DNA of 63,974 bases, the filler included, from Octopus bimaculoides (taxonomy: Eukaryota): the NCBI RefSeq assembly GCF_001194135.2. It is 6 parts of 6 records of this genome, joined end to end, with 100 filler letters (N's around TTAATTAATTAA, not from the genome) between each part and the next. Parts side by side here need not be neighbours in the genome. Positions count along the whole stretch, not along the records: positions 62,645 to 63,974 come from NC_069002.1; 5 more parts are not named here. One strand, given 5' to 3'. Of the stretch, positions 63,427 to 63,974 are shown in pieces. The notes beneath the pieces are model-generated. The model saw only the letters and a list, made by a program, of their open reading frames with translations, ran no database searches and was not told where the DNA came from. A program made the translations under genes and the position numbers. How positions within the stretch are numbered: position 1 is the first letter of the stretch; each line of letters begins with the position of its first letter.

Positions 63427-63974
63427 ATTTTTTTGTTGCTGTTGTTACTATTTAGCTCTATATCAGTCTGGATTTACTAGAGCTATGTTTAAAATATTCC
63501 AGTTCTAATCACCCAGTCGTATCAATTTTTTTGTGGGGTGTGATGTTTCTGGGACTAGGTTCTCTTATATGTATCCTCACTTTTCTTAGACGATGGGCAA
63601 TGATTTAACAGCGACTACCTCGAATTTCTAACACATCAATGGACCCCGTAGAAGCTCCATCGTCCGCTCGTTGTATTTGTATATACGTAAGTTGAGTTGC
63701 TAATTAGATATTAAGCACCAATCAGCCAGCTTACTGCCGTGTATAAAATGTAAGTCTCTGTTTCACACATCTGAACTACAGAATTTATTAAAAATCACTC
63801 AATCCATGAACTAATGAATAAATAAATACATACACAAACTAATTCATTTGTGAAATAAACACCAAATACGTTTTATTATTTTCTCCAATAATTAAAAGGT
63901 ATTTATTCAGTTAATTCTTGTCTGTATTTATCTACGAATTTATATGAATTAATTTTTTTTTTTTTTTTTTTTTT

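Overview
AT-rich, microsatellite-saturated animal genomic DNA from a fragmented draft assembly. About 10 kb (~16%) is N, including five artificial N44-TTAATTAATTAA-N44 spacers. The SINE families and repeat landscape look like an Octopus/coleoid cephalopod genome (inference, not provable here). No intact protein-coding gene, rRNA, true tRNA gene or CRISPR array is supported; nearly all listed ORFs are microsatellite or N-gap artefacts. The window is probably intronic or intergenic. It contains >25 tRNA-derived SINE copies or fragments from several families (labelled A-E here), decayed autonomous elements (L1/Tx1, two CR1-like, RTE, mariner, a Penelope GIY-YIG domain) and several MITEs. The most interesting signal is four Penelope-type minimal hammerhead-ribozyme-like motifs in three unrelated non-autonomous elements. 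These are a tRNA-headed SINE-like unit with an inverted partial copy starting at the predicted cleavage triplet (9221-9530), a fold-back element with two U6-variant motifs (11484-11805), and a solo motif with an intact core (37581-37628). They co-occur with a Penelope endonuclease relic (60340-60883). A few unique islands look like promoters or exons of an unidentified host transcript. All alignments, translations and folds were done by eye.
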